A stretch of DNA of 63,405 nt, counting the filler, from Reticulomyxa filosa (lineage: Eukaryota > Protista > Foraminifera): the NCBI GenBank assembly GCA_000512085.1. It is 16 parts of 16 records of this genome, joined end to end, with 100 filler letters (N's around TTAATTAATTAA, not from the genome) between each part and the next. Parts side by side here need not be neighbours in the genome. Positions count along the whole stretch, not along the records: positions 11,429 to 28,625 come from ASPP01028402.1; 15 more parts are not named here. One strand, 5' to 3'. The position numbers and the translations under genes were made by a program. Below are positions 12,715-24,352 of this stretch, in pieces. Every line of letters begins with the position of its first letter. Position 1 is the first letter of the stretch. The notes beneath the pieces are model-generated. The model searched no databases and was not told where the DNA came from. It saw only the letters and a program-made list of their open reading frames with translations.

Positions 12715-14688
12715 TTAATAGCGACTGTTATTCATCAATTTGTGTGCATGTTTCAACTCTTCTGGTAAGTGCATTTCACGAACTCGAATGTTTTTGAATT
12801 GCCAAGGATCCTCTAAATCTCTATCATCAGGGAAAAAGATTCCTCTGCCCTCGACTGGTGTCCATGTGGTGTATTCTCCATGTAAAGGAGAGATATAAGG
12901 CTCAATGCATTTCATAATGAATTCGTAGTCCATTTGTTCACATTCCACTACCCCCCTTTTAGGATTATACAGTGCCCACAGCATTCCCGCCCATGTCGAC
13001 GAGCACACTTGCAAGCTGGTAGCTTGATTATTCTCAGCCATTTCTCGTGCATGACGAACATCTAATTGACTTCCGAACCAATAAGCGTTTTTGGCATGTC
13101 CACACAAAAGCACACCTAATTCATCAATTCCTTCTGTAATTTCTTCAACCATCAAACGATGTTTGCTTTGGCTTTCTAAGTTTTTGCCATATAATTCATG
13201 CAATGATGAAATCGCAGCATCACAAGGATGATATGAATAATGCACAGTTGGACGATACAACAATTTTCCATTCCCGTTTCGATGAGTGAAATAATCGCTA
13301 ATAGTAATGCTCTCATTGTGAGTAATCAAATATCCATGATAACTACCTTCGATCGGTGTCCACGACCTGACTTTGGTTACACACCCAGGCTGCTCGAGGT
13401 ATATTGCTGAATCGTTTCCGAAGTTATGTTTACGACCATCAAATGGCAACGCCTTCTCGTGTGTGCCGTATCCCAATTCTGCTGGCTGCATACCTTCACT
13501 TAAAAACCCGTCCACGCTCCAAGTGTTTACAAATTCCCCTCTTTTCTTTGGAATATTTGACACTTGCGCATCCCGTTCAGCAATATGAATACACTTTATT
13601 CCCAAGTCATTTGCCAATTTGGCCCAGCCTTCTTGTGTGGTCGGAACCGTCTTATTTTTGCTTCCTAAATGAAAAAAAAAAAGAAAGAAAAAATATTTTT
13701 TTAAAGATCAATCGGTGATGCGAAATTCCGTCAAAGAAGAGGAAAAATAATAATTGAAAAAGCTATGTCCTCTTTCGTAAAAAAAAAAGGAAACAAACCA
13801 GTGTCTTTGGCAATGGTTAATAACGAATGTTTAACGAAGTGCGATACCATTCCAGGATTAGCACCGTGACAGGATATTTGTGTAACGTCCCATTTGTTAG
13901 TTTCACATTTGCGTTTCAAAGCCAAGACATCTTCACGCAATGCATAATTAGAGCGTTCAGAAATGGTTTTGTTTGTGTCAGTGTAGCCCCCTTTCCATGG
14001 TTCAATCACTGTGTCCAAATATAAGACTTTATTGGCCGCACAGAACTCCATTACGTCCACGCTTTATTCAAATCAAACACGTTTGTCTGACTTTTTTGTC
14101 GAAACAAAAAACAAATAAAAGAATCACCTGCAAACATCGACAGACAAGTTCAGACAAAAATCACCGGCTTTGAGATGTTTGCTCAATATTTGTTTGTAAT
14201 TATCTTTGGTAAGTGCTTGCACATACGCATTCACCCCAAATCTTTTCGCGTCGTGAAGAGCTTCTTTTCCGCGGTCATCAGCTATCATACAGTAAAACAA
14301 AAAAGGATCGTATTTCAATATGTGAAAGTAATTATTCCTCAGCCTTTGTTAGAATCTTTTTGAGTTTGTTACCTGTGATTACTGTGATATTTTCTAATGG
14401 TATATTGATGTGTCTGAGGATGAGAGGCAAGGTACCACTTCCAATGGACCCATAGCCGATAATCAATATCTTTCCATCGTAGTTTAAAAAGTTTTTCGTT
14501 GATGATTTTGGCAATGACGTGTTGAGTCCTTGGCGACGCTGTGTGATATTGCCGGCGGGGATTACTTTTTTAATTACTGGAGAGTTCCATGCTTCAAAAT
14601 GATTCCACCACTTTCCAAAACTTTGCAAATGCGAAAACGATTTCTTAGAGATACTAGCAGCTGAGCATCTTCCCAAAAGCATAGCCAT
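12715..14688 (-). CDS. hss: Homospermidine synthase, bacterial type (saccharopine dehydrogenase-like fold), 4 exons, with an N-terminal extension
   Basis: Motifs GYGSIG, LNLSVDV, YLDTVIEPW, HGANPGMVSHFVK, IHIAERD, NTWSVDGF, GYLITHNE, YRPTVHYSYHPC, GIDELGVLL and NQATSLQV. GT-AG introns 14282-14372, 14062-14127 and 13665-13798 keep the frame. Start ATG 14688 is assumed. Confidence 0.93.
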
Positions 14689-14973
14689 TCCAAGAGGACC
14701 AAGCAAACGAATTTTTTGGTGAAGGGCTTGTCCTTTTTTGCGAGTTGTTTTTGTGAACAAGGAGAAACTAAACTGTAAACGATATTACTTTTTCTAATAA
14801 CAGAAAATATTTTGTAGTGTCATTGCTTAGCATACAAAAAATCTTATTGCAAAACTAAATTTCAGTTTTTGAACAAACTAACTTGTAAAAATATTATCAA
14901 CTTTTCAAAAAAAGAATTATAGTGCATATACAATGCAATTGTATTTACACTTGCTTTTTCCATTTACGATCTA

Positions 14974-16030
14974 CACGTATTGACAAAAGTGCTGACACAC
15001 TAAAATGGACCTTATGAAGGTGGTCAATTTTATAAGTCAAAAATAAACATTTTTTCAAATTTTTTTAAAAAAATCTACCAATCTTCAGTGCTCAAAATAC
15101 ATTTTGTAGGGTAAAGCCCTGTTATACAAGTTCAAATAAAGGAACTGTGGGACCCCCTGTGGGTTAAACCTTCTTAACAACACAACTCACTTTGTCTAGT
15201 TCTTTAGTTGTTTCCTTTCATTGTGTTGCAATTATTTTCGTTAATTTACTTTCTTTTTCCTGAAACTACTTTTCGGAACTAAGTTTCCTTTCGTATTACA
15301 CTTAGTCTCTTCAATATTCCTACAATTTCATTTTTTTCTACATTTTTTGTCAATTACATTTTTATCATTTTTTACAACATTAATATTGTGCTTTATTAAT
15401 TTTTGTAATTTTTTTATATTTTTTTTTTTTTAGCTACTTTTATATTATTTTAATTTTTTAAAAAATTGTTGGAAAGGTTTTAGCGTTTGTTTTTACTATG
15501 TATTTTATTTTTTTGTTGTTAGAATGTCTAAGCTTATCTTGAGAGATTTACTGTGCTTTTTTTTAGATATTAACATTTTGACTTATGATGATTTTTGGCA
15601 ATTGTGTTTTTGAGCTAATGCATTTTTTAATTTGTATGTGCCTTGTCTATCTTATCACATTATTTTTTATCACTTTTTGATTTTGAAAAATATGATATCT
15701 TTGCTGTTTAAATTTTTTCAAATTAGAATTACTAACGCAAAAAACAAAAAAAAAAAATGAACGCAAAAAATACATAAAATAAACTACCAAAAAATGTTAA
15801 AAAACAAAAAAAAATCAAATTTGCAAAGAAAAAATAAATAAGCAAAATATTAATGTATAGAAAATGACAAAAATGTTTGTGATTGGCAAAAAATTTTAAT
15901 GTATTTTGAAACACTTGAAGATTCGTATATATTCTTTAAAAAAATTTTGAAAAAATGTTTATTTTGACTTAGAAAATCGATCATCTTCATAAGTGTAATT
16001 TTAGCTTGTAATTACTTTTTCACTAACGTT
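14974..16030. mobile_element. Non-autonomous foldback/MITE-like element with long imperfect inverted repeats
   Basis: The left arm (taaaatggaccttatgaaggtggtcaattttataagtcaaaaataaacatttttt...tcttcagtgctcaaaatacatt) is approximately the reverse complement of 15898-16005. T-rich and A-rich internal arms also mirror each other. The TIR core resembles the Tc1 TIR. Confidence 0.7.
15105..15324 (+). mobile_element. Solo LTR (220 bp) with a 4-bp target-site duplication
   Basis: TGTAGG...CCTACA inverted termini, flanked by ATTT on both sides; homologous copies at 8195-8421 and 42458-42531. Confidence 0.85.
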
Positions 16031-16666
16031 TGAAAATATTGTTGCATCAGTATATTCGTTTGAAATATTTTTTTACTATTACCAAAATACAGCTGATTAA
16101 ATATGTATATTGTTCACAAAAGTCAGTACACGCGTCACTTTTCATAATTCATTGCTTTGAAATATAACTTTTCGCAAACATTGTAACAATTTTATTTTAA
16201 GCATAAAATTTATTGTTGATGTTATTCTCTAATTATAAAACTAATAAGAAAAATTTGAATTTAAAAAAAATTTAAAATTTTTCACTGTTTTAATTGTTAA
16301 AGTTTGAAATTAGCAGTAAATGTGATTTGTATACTTATCAAGAATTGATATGAAATTAGTGACTACCATTTCAAAAATAATAGATTTCTATTGCTGTCTT
16401 TGTTTCAATAAAATAAAAATTTTTGACATTATTTTGGCGAACATGTAAGTCTAAAAATAAAGAGAAACGAAAAAGTCACGCTTATGATATTAAAGATAAG
16501 AGGTACTAATGATAAAGAAATTAGAAAAACAAATCAAAATACAACAATAATAAAAAACAATGACCACGCTTCATTTTTGCGAAAGATTTTTCATCTTTCT
16601 TCAAAATGAGCTTGGAAGTGAACAATAAAATTGTAAACAGTTTGTACTTCTTAGTTTTGACGGTTA

Positions 16667-17400
16667 TTTACTCCTCGTCTTCATCTGTCTTTGGACGATA
16701 ATTAGATCGGATCCCAGGCCATGATTCGCCTTCTTCCTCTCTCATGTCGTTCCAAATCTCAAGCTATTCGTCGCAATGAATCAGACAGAAAGCAAAAAAA
16801 CTGTACAGAATTAATGCGATTTGAATTGAAAAAATAAAATAACTAATTGAGGGGGTATTTGGCTTAAAAATAAGCCACAGTAAGACTCAGCTTTTTCACC
16901 ACCCAGATGTTCCAATTTATTGTAGCAATCCAAGAATTTGGAATAATTGAAAAAAAGTTGACAAAGCTGTTACGGCCAAGCAATAAGCAACAGTAATACA
17001 AAGAATAAAAAATCAACAAAGAGAATACCCTATTTTCATTTGGACAACGACGAGAAACACCGTAACCATATCGAGGCAAACATCGTTCAGGTTTAGTTTC
17101 CCATAGATGCTTCGGACATTCTGGGAAATGTTGTCGCCAAAAACCACCCCCCCAAAGAAGTCCAACTTTTTCTAACCGAACAGGATATCCAGTCTGTGTG
17201 CGCAAAGTAGTTGTGATCATAGGGCTACTCCGGATTTCTCTGGCATCTTCCGCTTTTTGTTCGGGGGTTGAATAATCTCGAATCATTTTTTTTACCTGTG
17301 TCAGAGTTTTGTGTTTACCTTTACGTCGTCCCGAAACTAAACTTTTCAAAACTTTTTACTTTATGAAGAGGCACATTCTCTTAAATTGAAACCATTTTAT
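16667..17400 (-). CDS. Hypothetical small basic protein, multi-exon
   Basis: ORF 16864-17349 plus a terminal exon LEIWNDMREEEGESWPGIRSNYRPKTDEDEE*. The 5' end is unresolved. Confidence 0.45.
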
Positions 17401-17815
17401 CAGCATGTTTAACTAAATAACATAATGGTCCTAGGCATTATCTCAAACATAAACCAAAAAAGTTAGACATCTCCTTTCACATATGCGTTTTTTCTAGAAG
17501 ATTAAATTTGTACTATTTGCCAATTTGGAAAAGCTTAAAAGAAATAATAGCTTTTATTTTGTTGCATTTTTGGATACAATTGCACGGAGAAATTAGTGCT
17601 AAAGAATATGTGAATATTTTTGAAATGATTTGTGAAGCCAATAGTCAAATGTGACTAAAATCTATTCAAAGATATTTTGAACAAATGTTGATCATGACTT
17701 CTTGACACGGCTTTTCACTCCCTCAAAAATTGCAACTCAAAATATTTTTGCTGTGGATTTAACCAAATGAGTGAACAATTGAAAAATATTTAAACAATAA
17801 TCCAGACTGCCTTGG

Positions 17816-19770
17816 TCAGTAAATATGCTTTGTGACGAGAGTAACAGTGGCTCCAATGCCACCAATGACCGACGAAATTGCCGTGATTGCAATGAGTAAA
17901 TTGTGAGAGGTCCAGTCTTTCTTTAAAAACGTCATCTCTCCTGTTTTGATTTGTTCTCTCTTTAATGGAAATGTGAGCATTTTTAGTTGAAGCTCGATCC
18001 AACACAACGGATTGACACATGTTTGAACTTGCATATTCTAAGTTGCACATGCATAAAGTAAATCCAACTAAAGAAATTATCCCCGCCACAGTCACCGAGA
18101 TATCAAATGAACGCACAGCAACTGCCAATATAGCACTTGTTGTACACAAGGACGCCCGACTCAAAATCTTTCCCAATCGATGATTTCTACACAAACAAGA
18201 ACTTTGAAAATTCGACCTCAGGGCCGCGTCAAAAAAAAAAAAAAAAAGAAAAAAACCTGAGATTTTGAGTGTTTTGTGAATTGGAGATCATTGACAACAA
18301 GGTGTTGGCAGTGGTAACTGCATTAACAGGGTATGCACTTGTCATATCCAACGCTGGAAACAAGACAACCACATATCGAGCAACAGAATCGAAAACAGAG
18401 AAATGATCTGTGTTATCCAATCCCTTGAAATTGGCCCATGCCAATGTGCAAGGTGACTTTGTCTCATCGCCAAAATATAACGAAATAAAAAGACCGGATG
18501 TCCAGTATAATATTGTAATAGCGAAGCAAACATAGCCTATCATTTGGTTGATTTTGACAGGCCGTGATCCACTATTGCTCTTGTGCTTTCTATCATTCTC
18601 CAAAAGCCGCTCGTGAGGATACAAAGGGTCGATCACATCAGTCAGGCCAATTTGTGATCGCAGAGCCAATGTCGCAACACTGACAAAAGCAACACAATTA
18701 TAAATATTGGCCATACGAATATTGGCTCCGAAATGTGGAGTTTTTTGCAACGATCGCCAAACGTATTGGCCTCCGTCGTAAGTGTAGTGACTGTACATCA
18801 GTCCAATGGATAGAAATACCATTAAAAACACTACAAAAAAACGAACTGCGCAAAGAAATACCTATTCAAACGTATCAACGAAAATTATTTTTAAAAAAGA
18901 AAATATTTTTTAAAATAACAATACCAAACTTGGAACGATGCCTGCTCAGAAAAGTTAACCAAACAAATTAAAATTGTCCAAATCCAAAAAACACCAACAT
19001 AAAAGTTGTACAAATTACGACACGCATAATCACCACTGTCAATTTCACAAGCGTTAGATATGCCACTCACACCAAACACACGTGTCAGCGACGTTGCAAA
19101 TAAAACGGAATACGCCCACAATGTTGCCATCATTCCAATCAAAAATGATACTTCGTAAAATATCTTCCATTTCCGTCCACAAAATCTAATTTCATTTATT
19201 ATTTGCTGAGCATGCAAACAGTGTTTTTTCACTAAAAATAAAGACAACTAACATGCCCATTAATTCATTCATTTGATATTCATTTCTTTGGAGCTGATAA
19301 TACTTTTGAAACGTTCTCAGTGATATACCCTTGATACTAGAGATGGTTGTCTTTTGATCGGTTAGTATTGTATCGCGTTTCACCCCCGCTTGGGTGGCTA
19401 TAGTCGTAATAGCCTCGCCACGGTACATTGCATTCACAACCCATAAAAAACCGCAGTAATTAAGTACACTCAACACGCATAATAATATACTCGATTGCAC
19501 ATAACCACTCTGATAAAAATGCAAGGGTAAATCCAAGACCCCAGCACCGACGGTATAGTTTACCAGGAAACATCCAGCAATCCACAACGAGTAATACTGT
19601 TTGTTTTCACTGAAAGGCTTGGTTTGGTTGATTATCGCACTGTTATTAGTGTTTTCATCACTGCTCTCTTCTTCAGCCGCATTTTTTGGAAGAGAAGTCT
19701 CTTCGATAAGAAATGGTCGTTGTTCATCTGCTTTCCATGTTGACAATTCTGTTGAATCTTTTTCGAACAT
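17816..19770 (-). CDS. Amino-acid transporter (Aa_trans family, TMEM104-like), multi-exon
   Basis: FLVNYTVGAGVLDLP first-TM motif; FPALDMTSAYPVNAVTTANTL; many hydrophobic segments across four or more exons. Confidence 0.8.
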
Positions 19771-20399
19771 GACAAGCCAAGATCTGCCCACGTTCAAGAC
19801 ATATCAATAAATTTGATTACTTGAAACGTCATGTTTTCATATCACTGAAAACAAATCACGACCAAAATTTGCAATGGAGAACAAAATACAACAAGTAAAT
19901 TGGCGAATATAAACTATAGTGATTGAAGACAAATAAAGGAGCATAAAGATCAAACGTGAGTGATACACTTGGATATTGAACTGATGTTTAAGATGTATAA
20001 ACTAGAAGATAAAAAATAACAACGAAAAATAATGAAACACAATGTACATGCAGCGCAATTTATTTGGTTGCTACTTTTTTGAAATGAGTCAAATTGCAAT
20101 GTATGAAAAGAGTTAAACAACTACAGAGCATGTCATTGGTATTCAATGTATCAGAGCATTGTACAATCATGATCAGTCATGGATATTTGTTTGAACTGCT
20201 TACAAGATTGTTTGAATAAACACTTTACATTTTTAGAATTTGTTTAGTCATTTTTAAAACCATTTCGACACAAAAATAAAAAAATACACAAAGTGAAGCC
20301 AAATTGTTAGAGCTTGTTTCCCGTTTGTTCATTATATGACGAAACCAAATTAAAATTGTGGTATCTACAGGATTGAAATATCTGAGATCAAAAACATCC

Positions 20400-22644
20400 C
20401 TAAACAGTATTAGATTTATTGACCATGTCGTCGCTTGCAAGAAGATGGTCAGTTTGTTTTTCTGAGTTGTGAGAGTCTGTGCTATTAATAGTTGGAGATT
20501 TCTTTATTTTTTCATTTTTTAATCGTTTTGTGACAATTTCAAAAGTTTTGAACAGCTCGGACGACTTAAAGCGAACCACAGCACCATATAACAAAGTCAT
20601 GACGGCCTTCAACACATCTATTAAAACCGGTTCACAGTCTTTTTGATATGATAGTTCGTAGGGCTTGCTCACGATCTGTTGAGCCAAATGATGACTCCAT
20701 CCAAATAAGCCATGAGGCAGATTGAGTTGAAAAGGTGCATTGTGATCATCCAAGTACTTTTCGTAAATTTTCATATATTTCAACATCCACAACGAAAATC
20801 CTTCGTAGATCGTGTCGTCGCGTTCGAGCTTTTTCTCTTCTTGGTTGTTTTCGTGACCGAGATTCAAGCCAAAGTAGGTAATGATATCACGTGGCTTGTG
20901 TTGATTGATAAGAGAAATAGGGATGTCAGGACTCATTGTAATTGCGGAAAACGTGTTTTTATAAAAACTCTGATATCGTTCGGGTAAGGTACTTTCGTTG
21001 ACACTATTGCTTTTTAAAAACTGGTAGATTTCGATGAATCCAATTAAATTTTCGATGCACATTTCGGCTTGAACGTATTCACCGAATATCGTGACAGTGT
21101 CTACGTGACTGAACATCTATATATTTGTTTAATTGTTTAATTGAATCAAACAAAAAAGGAAAAAGTATGTTACCTGTTTGCAAATTATGTGACGTGGAGA
21201 ATGTTCGATAATCTGAACGGGATCAGCTGGATCTGAGTCGGGCGCGTCTTCCAAAAAGACATTTGTGAATGAATGCAGCGAGAATACTCTTGCCAATGCC
21301 TCTCCAATTTTGTGTGCTGTTAAATTGTGAGAATGGTGTTGCAATTGAATTTCGGCAGAGGCAGTTGCATTATGTTCGACGTTTGTCTGAATTTTTAACG
21401 ACTTGAGAGCGCCTGATTCGCCAGTTTTCGAAACTTCGATGTTGTCATCATTTGCAGATTTTTTCATTTTTTTTTGAATTTGGTGCATTTGTTCCCCTTT
21501 TTTTTTTTTTTAAATGTGTGTGTGTTTGTTATTTTGCGCAAGAGATATATTGGATCAACACAATAAGAGTAACAATAAGAGTAACAATAAGAAGAACACA
21601 AAATACCTGGACAACTCGGGTCTTTTGAATGACAGACGGCAACAAGACATACAAAACGAAGACACTTGGCCAATAGTAACAGAATCTCGACAAAAGGGCT
21701 TGCCATATACTGTAATAATAGACTTTGCTCACAGAAAGCGAAATGTTATTAAACACGAACAGCACAAAGGCCGTTCCTCCCAACCACACTAACTGTCGAC
21801 ATTCCTTTCGTATTCCAAAGGCATCCGTAATCAACGGCGTCGTTAACCAACAATAGGAAGCCAGCACCATCACGAGGACGTCGATCAACGCTGCAAATTG
21901 GGCATGCGCTTGCTTATTCACAAATATATCGAGTAAAATGGAAATCAGAGCACATATCGTAAACGTAAACATAAATATCTTTCCAATGGTCACTGGCGAG
22001 GCTGCAATTGTTTTATCGCGTGTTGGTTTTTTTTTGTGTCATTCCAACGCTCTTTCAAAAAAAACTTATTTCAAAGTGTTGTGTCATTGTATGTATCGCT
22101 CACCCAAAATCGCTCGGTATTTAATATATGGCGAAATGACAATGTTTTTATTAATGTCATTGGCCTCCAATTCTTTCTTCAACTCTTGATATCTGTCCGA
22201 ACGCATTTGGGCGTTGCTTATACCCTTTGTCAGTCCACTTGGGCGAGCCAGCTGTTGATTGTTTGTCAATATCAGCTTTTTCCAGTTCAATTTCTGACTT
22301 TCGTATGCATATTTCAGATCACAGTGCACCATCAGGATTCTCCAAGTTACACAAAACACTACAAACATCAGCGAACATGTTATCAGCCAACGCAAACCTC
22401 GGTGGAATTCTATCACACGAACCACTTCCGCCATATATGCAAGGGGTATCACAACTACTACAAAAAAAAAAACACTCAATATGCCACAAAGGCATAAAAG
22501 CGGTCTTCTTTTTTCGATCATTATGTCATGTTGCAAACGGTAATATTGCCACATTTGAGTTAATCCCATAGGAAGGACAACCGCGAAGGAGAAACAAATT
22601 GTGAACCATCCCAAAACATATGCAGCTAACGGAGAAGAATGCAT
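20400..22644 (-). CDS. 7-transmembrane RGS-domain protein (AtRGS1-like architecture)
   Basis: Seven hydrophobic helices in the exons within 21580-22644, with IEKRRP after TM1 and DAFGIRKE before TM6. C-terminal RGS box FGEYVQAEMCIENLIGFIEI...IYEKYL...APFQLNL...RFKSSELF. Confidence 0.8.
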
Positions 22645-22985
22645 GGGGCACAAGCGTGGCGAGTTTATTTATTTCTCTCAGTATACCTACGCCCACAACA
22701 AGGATATAATTTTGGAAAAGAAGACCCTGTGAGAAACAGACTCAGTACTGCACAAATATCATCAAATTTTGTATTTTTTATGCAAAGACAACCCACAATT
22801 TATTGAAAGATGGCTTGTATCAAATGCGGTGCTGATTGTTTATAAAAAAAAAAAGAGCTCTGGTATAACTAAGAGAGTACCAACAGAATATTGCGAATGG
22901 ATAACACGCAAACATGTAAATTGATTTACAAGAACAATGCAGATATTTTATCACTTTCCACATAGAAAAAAAAGATTAGTTAAAC

Positions 22986-24161
22986 TCAGACACTCATAGA
23001 CTGACTCCGCCTTCTCCACCAAATGTACAAGAATATCAAGGTGCCAGAAACAAAGAGTAGTTTTTGTGATGCGGTTTGATCTTGAAAGAAGGAGGCAGCT
23101 GTTGAAAAGAGATTGCCTGTATCGTCATGGGCGTCGTGTCTTGGTTTTGGAGGTTTGAGATTGACCGGAGCAAAGGCGGTCCACAAATCAGATCTCCCGC
23201 CAAATCCAACGGACGCAATTCTATTTTCAATGTCCAAAGTTTGAGTAGCTTCGGTTGCGAAAAAGGCTTCCTCGATAGTCTTGACCTCCTTTTCTCTTTC
23301 ATTCTTTAGCATGTTCAATAATGCCACAGCATCTTTGTATGACGTTATTGGTAAAATATACTCTGCAAGCAAGTGGATGCAATCTTCGGGCAGCTTTTCC
23401 AAACAAGTTTTGCTCAACAAATGACGAGAATGTTTAATTTCACACGTAAAACGTAGCAGATCGTCTACCAACGGGGAGAGTTTTTCTATTGGCACACTCT
23501 TCAAAAAATTGCTAATGGCTTTCAATGGAATGGACACATTTTGCCACAGCATCACATTCACACAATGATAATAGTTATTTGCTATGCAGATTTGTAGTGC
23601 TGTCAATTTTCTGCTATCCGTTGCGTTTATATTGCCACCTATTTGTTTTCATTCCAAGACCAATTCGAAACAAGTGAAAGACCAAGAATTGGACTGTTTG
23701 TTATCAAAACACATACCGAGTTGATAATACAAACACAGTAATTTGTGATGTCCGTTTGATGCTGCCACGTGTGGGATCATCCACCGAGGACTTGAAATCG
23801 ATGTCACGCTTAGGTCCAATGTTTCCCCGCGGTTTTCCACCAGATATTCCATCAATGGAACTGTGTGTGTTGAGGCAATATGATAGCTACTATACAATAA
23901 ACCAATCATCAAACAATTAGCGGGAATATTGCAGTCCAAGCAATTACACAAGTGTTGCTGCATTACACTCCACTCATGCTCGTGGCAGTTGGCGGAGATA
24001 AGCGACTTATACGCCTCATTTTGCTGAGCTGAAAAAGGAAGCGATTTTCGCCATTCTGCGTAGCTATAGTCATGCGCTTCTGGCTATGTTTTTTTTCAAA
24101 TAAAGCATCTCCGCAGAAATTGAGAAAAAAAGAAAATGTTTACCTTAAAAACAATCGTCAT
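22986..24161 (-). CDS. Ankyrin-repeat protein with a C-terminal tail anchor
   Basis: Spliced PHVAASNGHHKLLCLYYQLG|GNINATDSRKLTALQICIANNYYHCVNVML; C-terminal TM LLFVSGTLIFLYIWW followed by RRR. Confidence 0.75.
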
Positions 24162-24352
24162 CTCAATTTTTTTGGATTAATCAACTGACGAAAAATCTAT
24201 ACAGCCCCTCAAGCGTTGTTTGACTTTGCGAAAAACAATACTTGTATACAGTGATTTGCTTCAAATAGAATTAAAAAAAAGACATTCACGAGTGCGGAGA
24301 AATAATAAAATGAAGCAAGAAAGAAAGTTCAATAGTAAACTAAGAATTAATA

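Noticed and set aside
12715-13617. Bacterial contaminant contig explaining hss
   Set aside because: The gene has three spliceosomal introns and lies on the same contig as TAF2.
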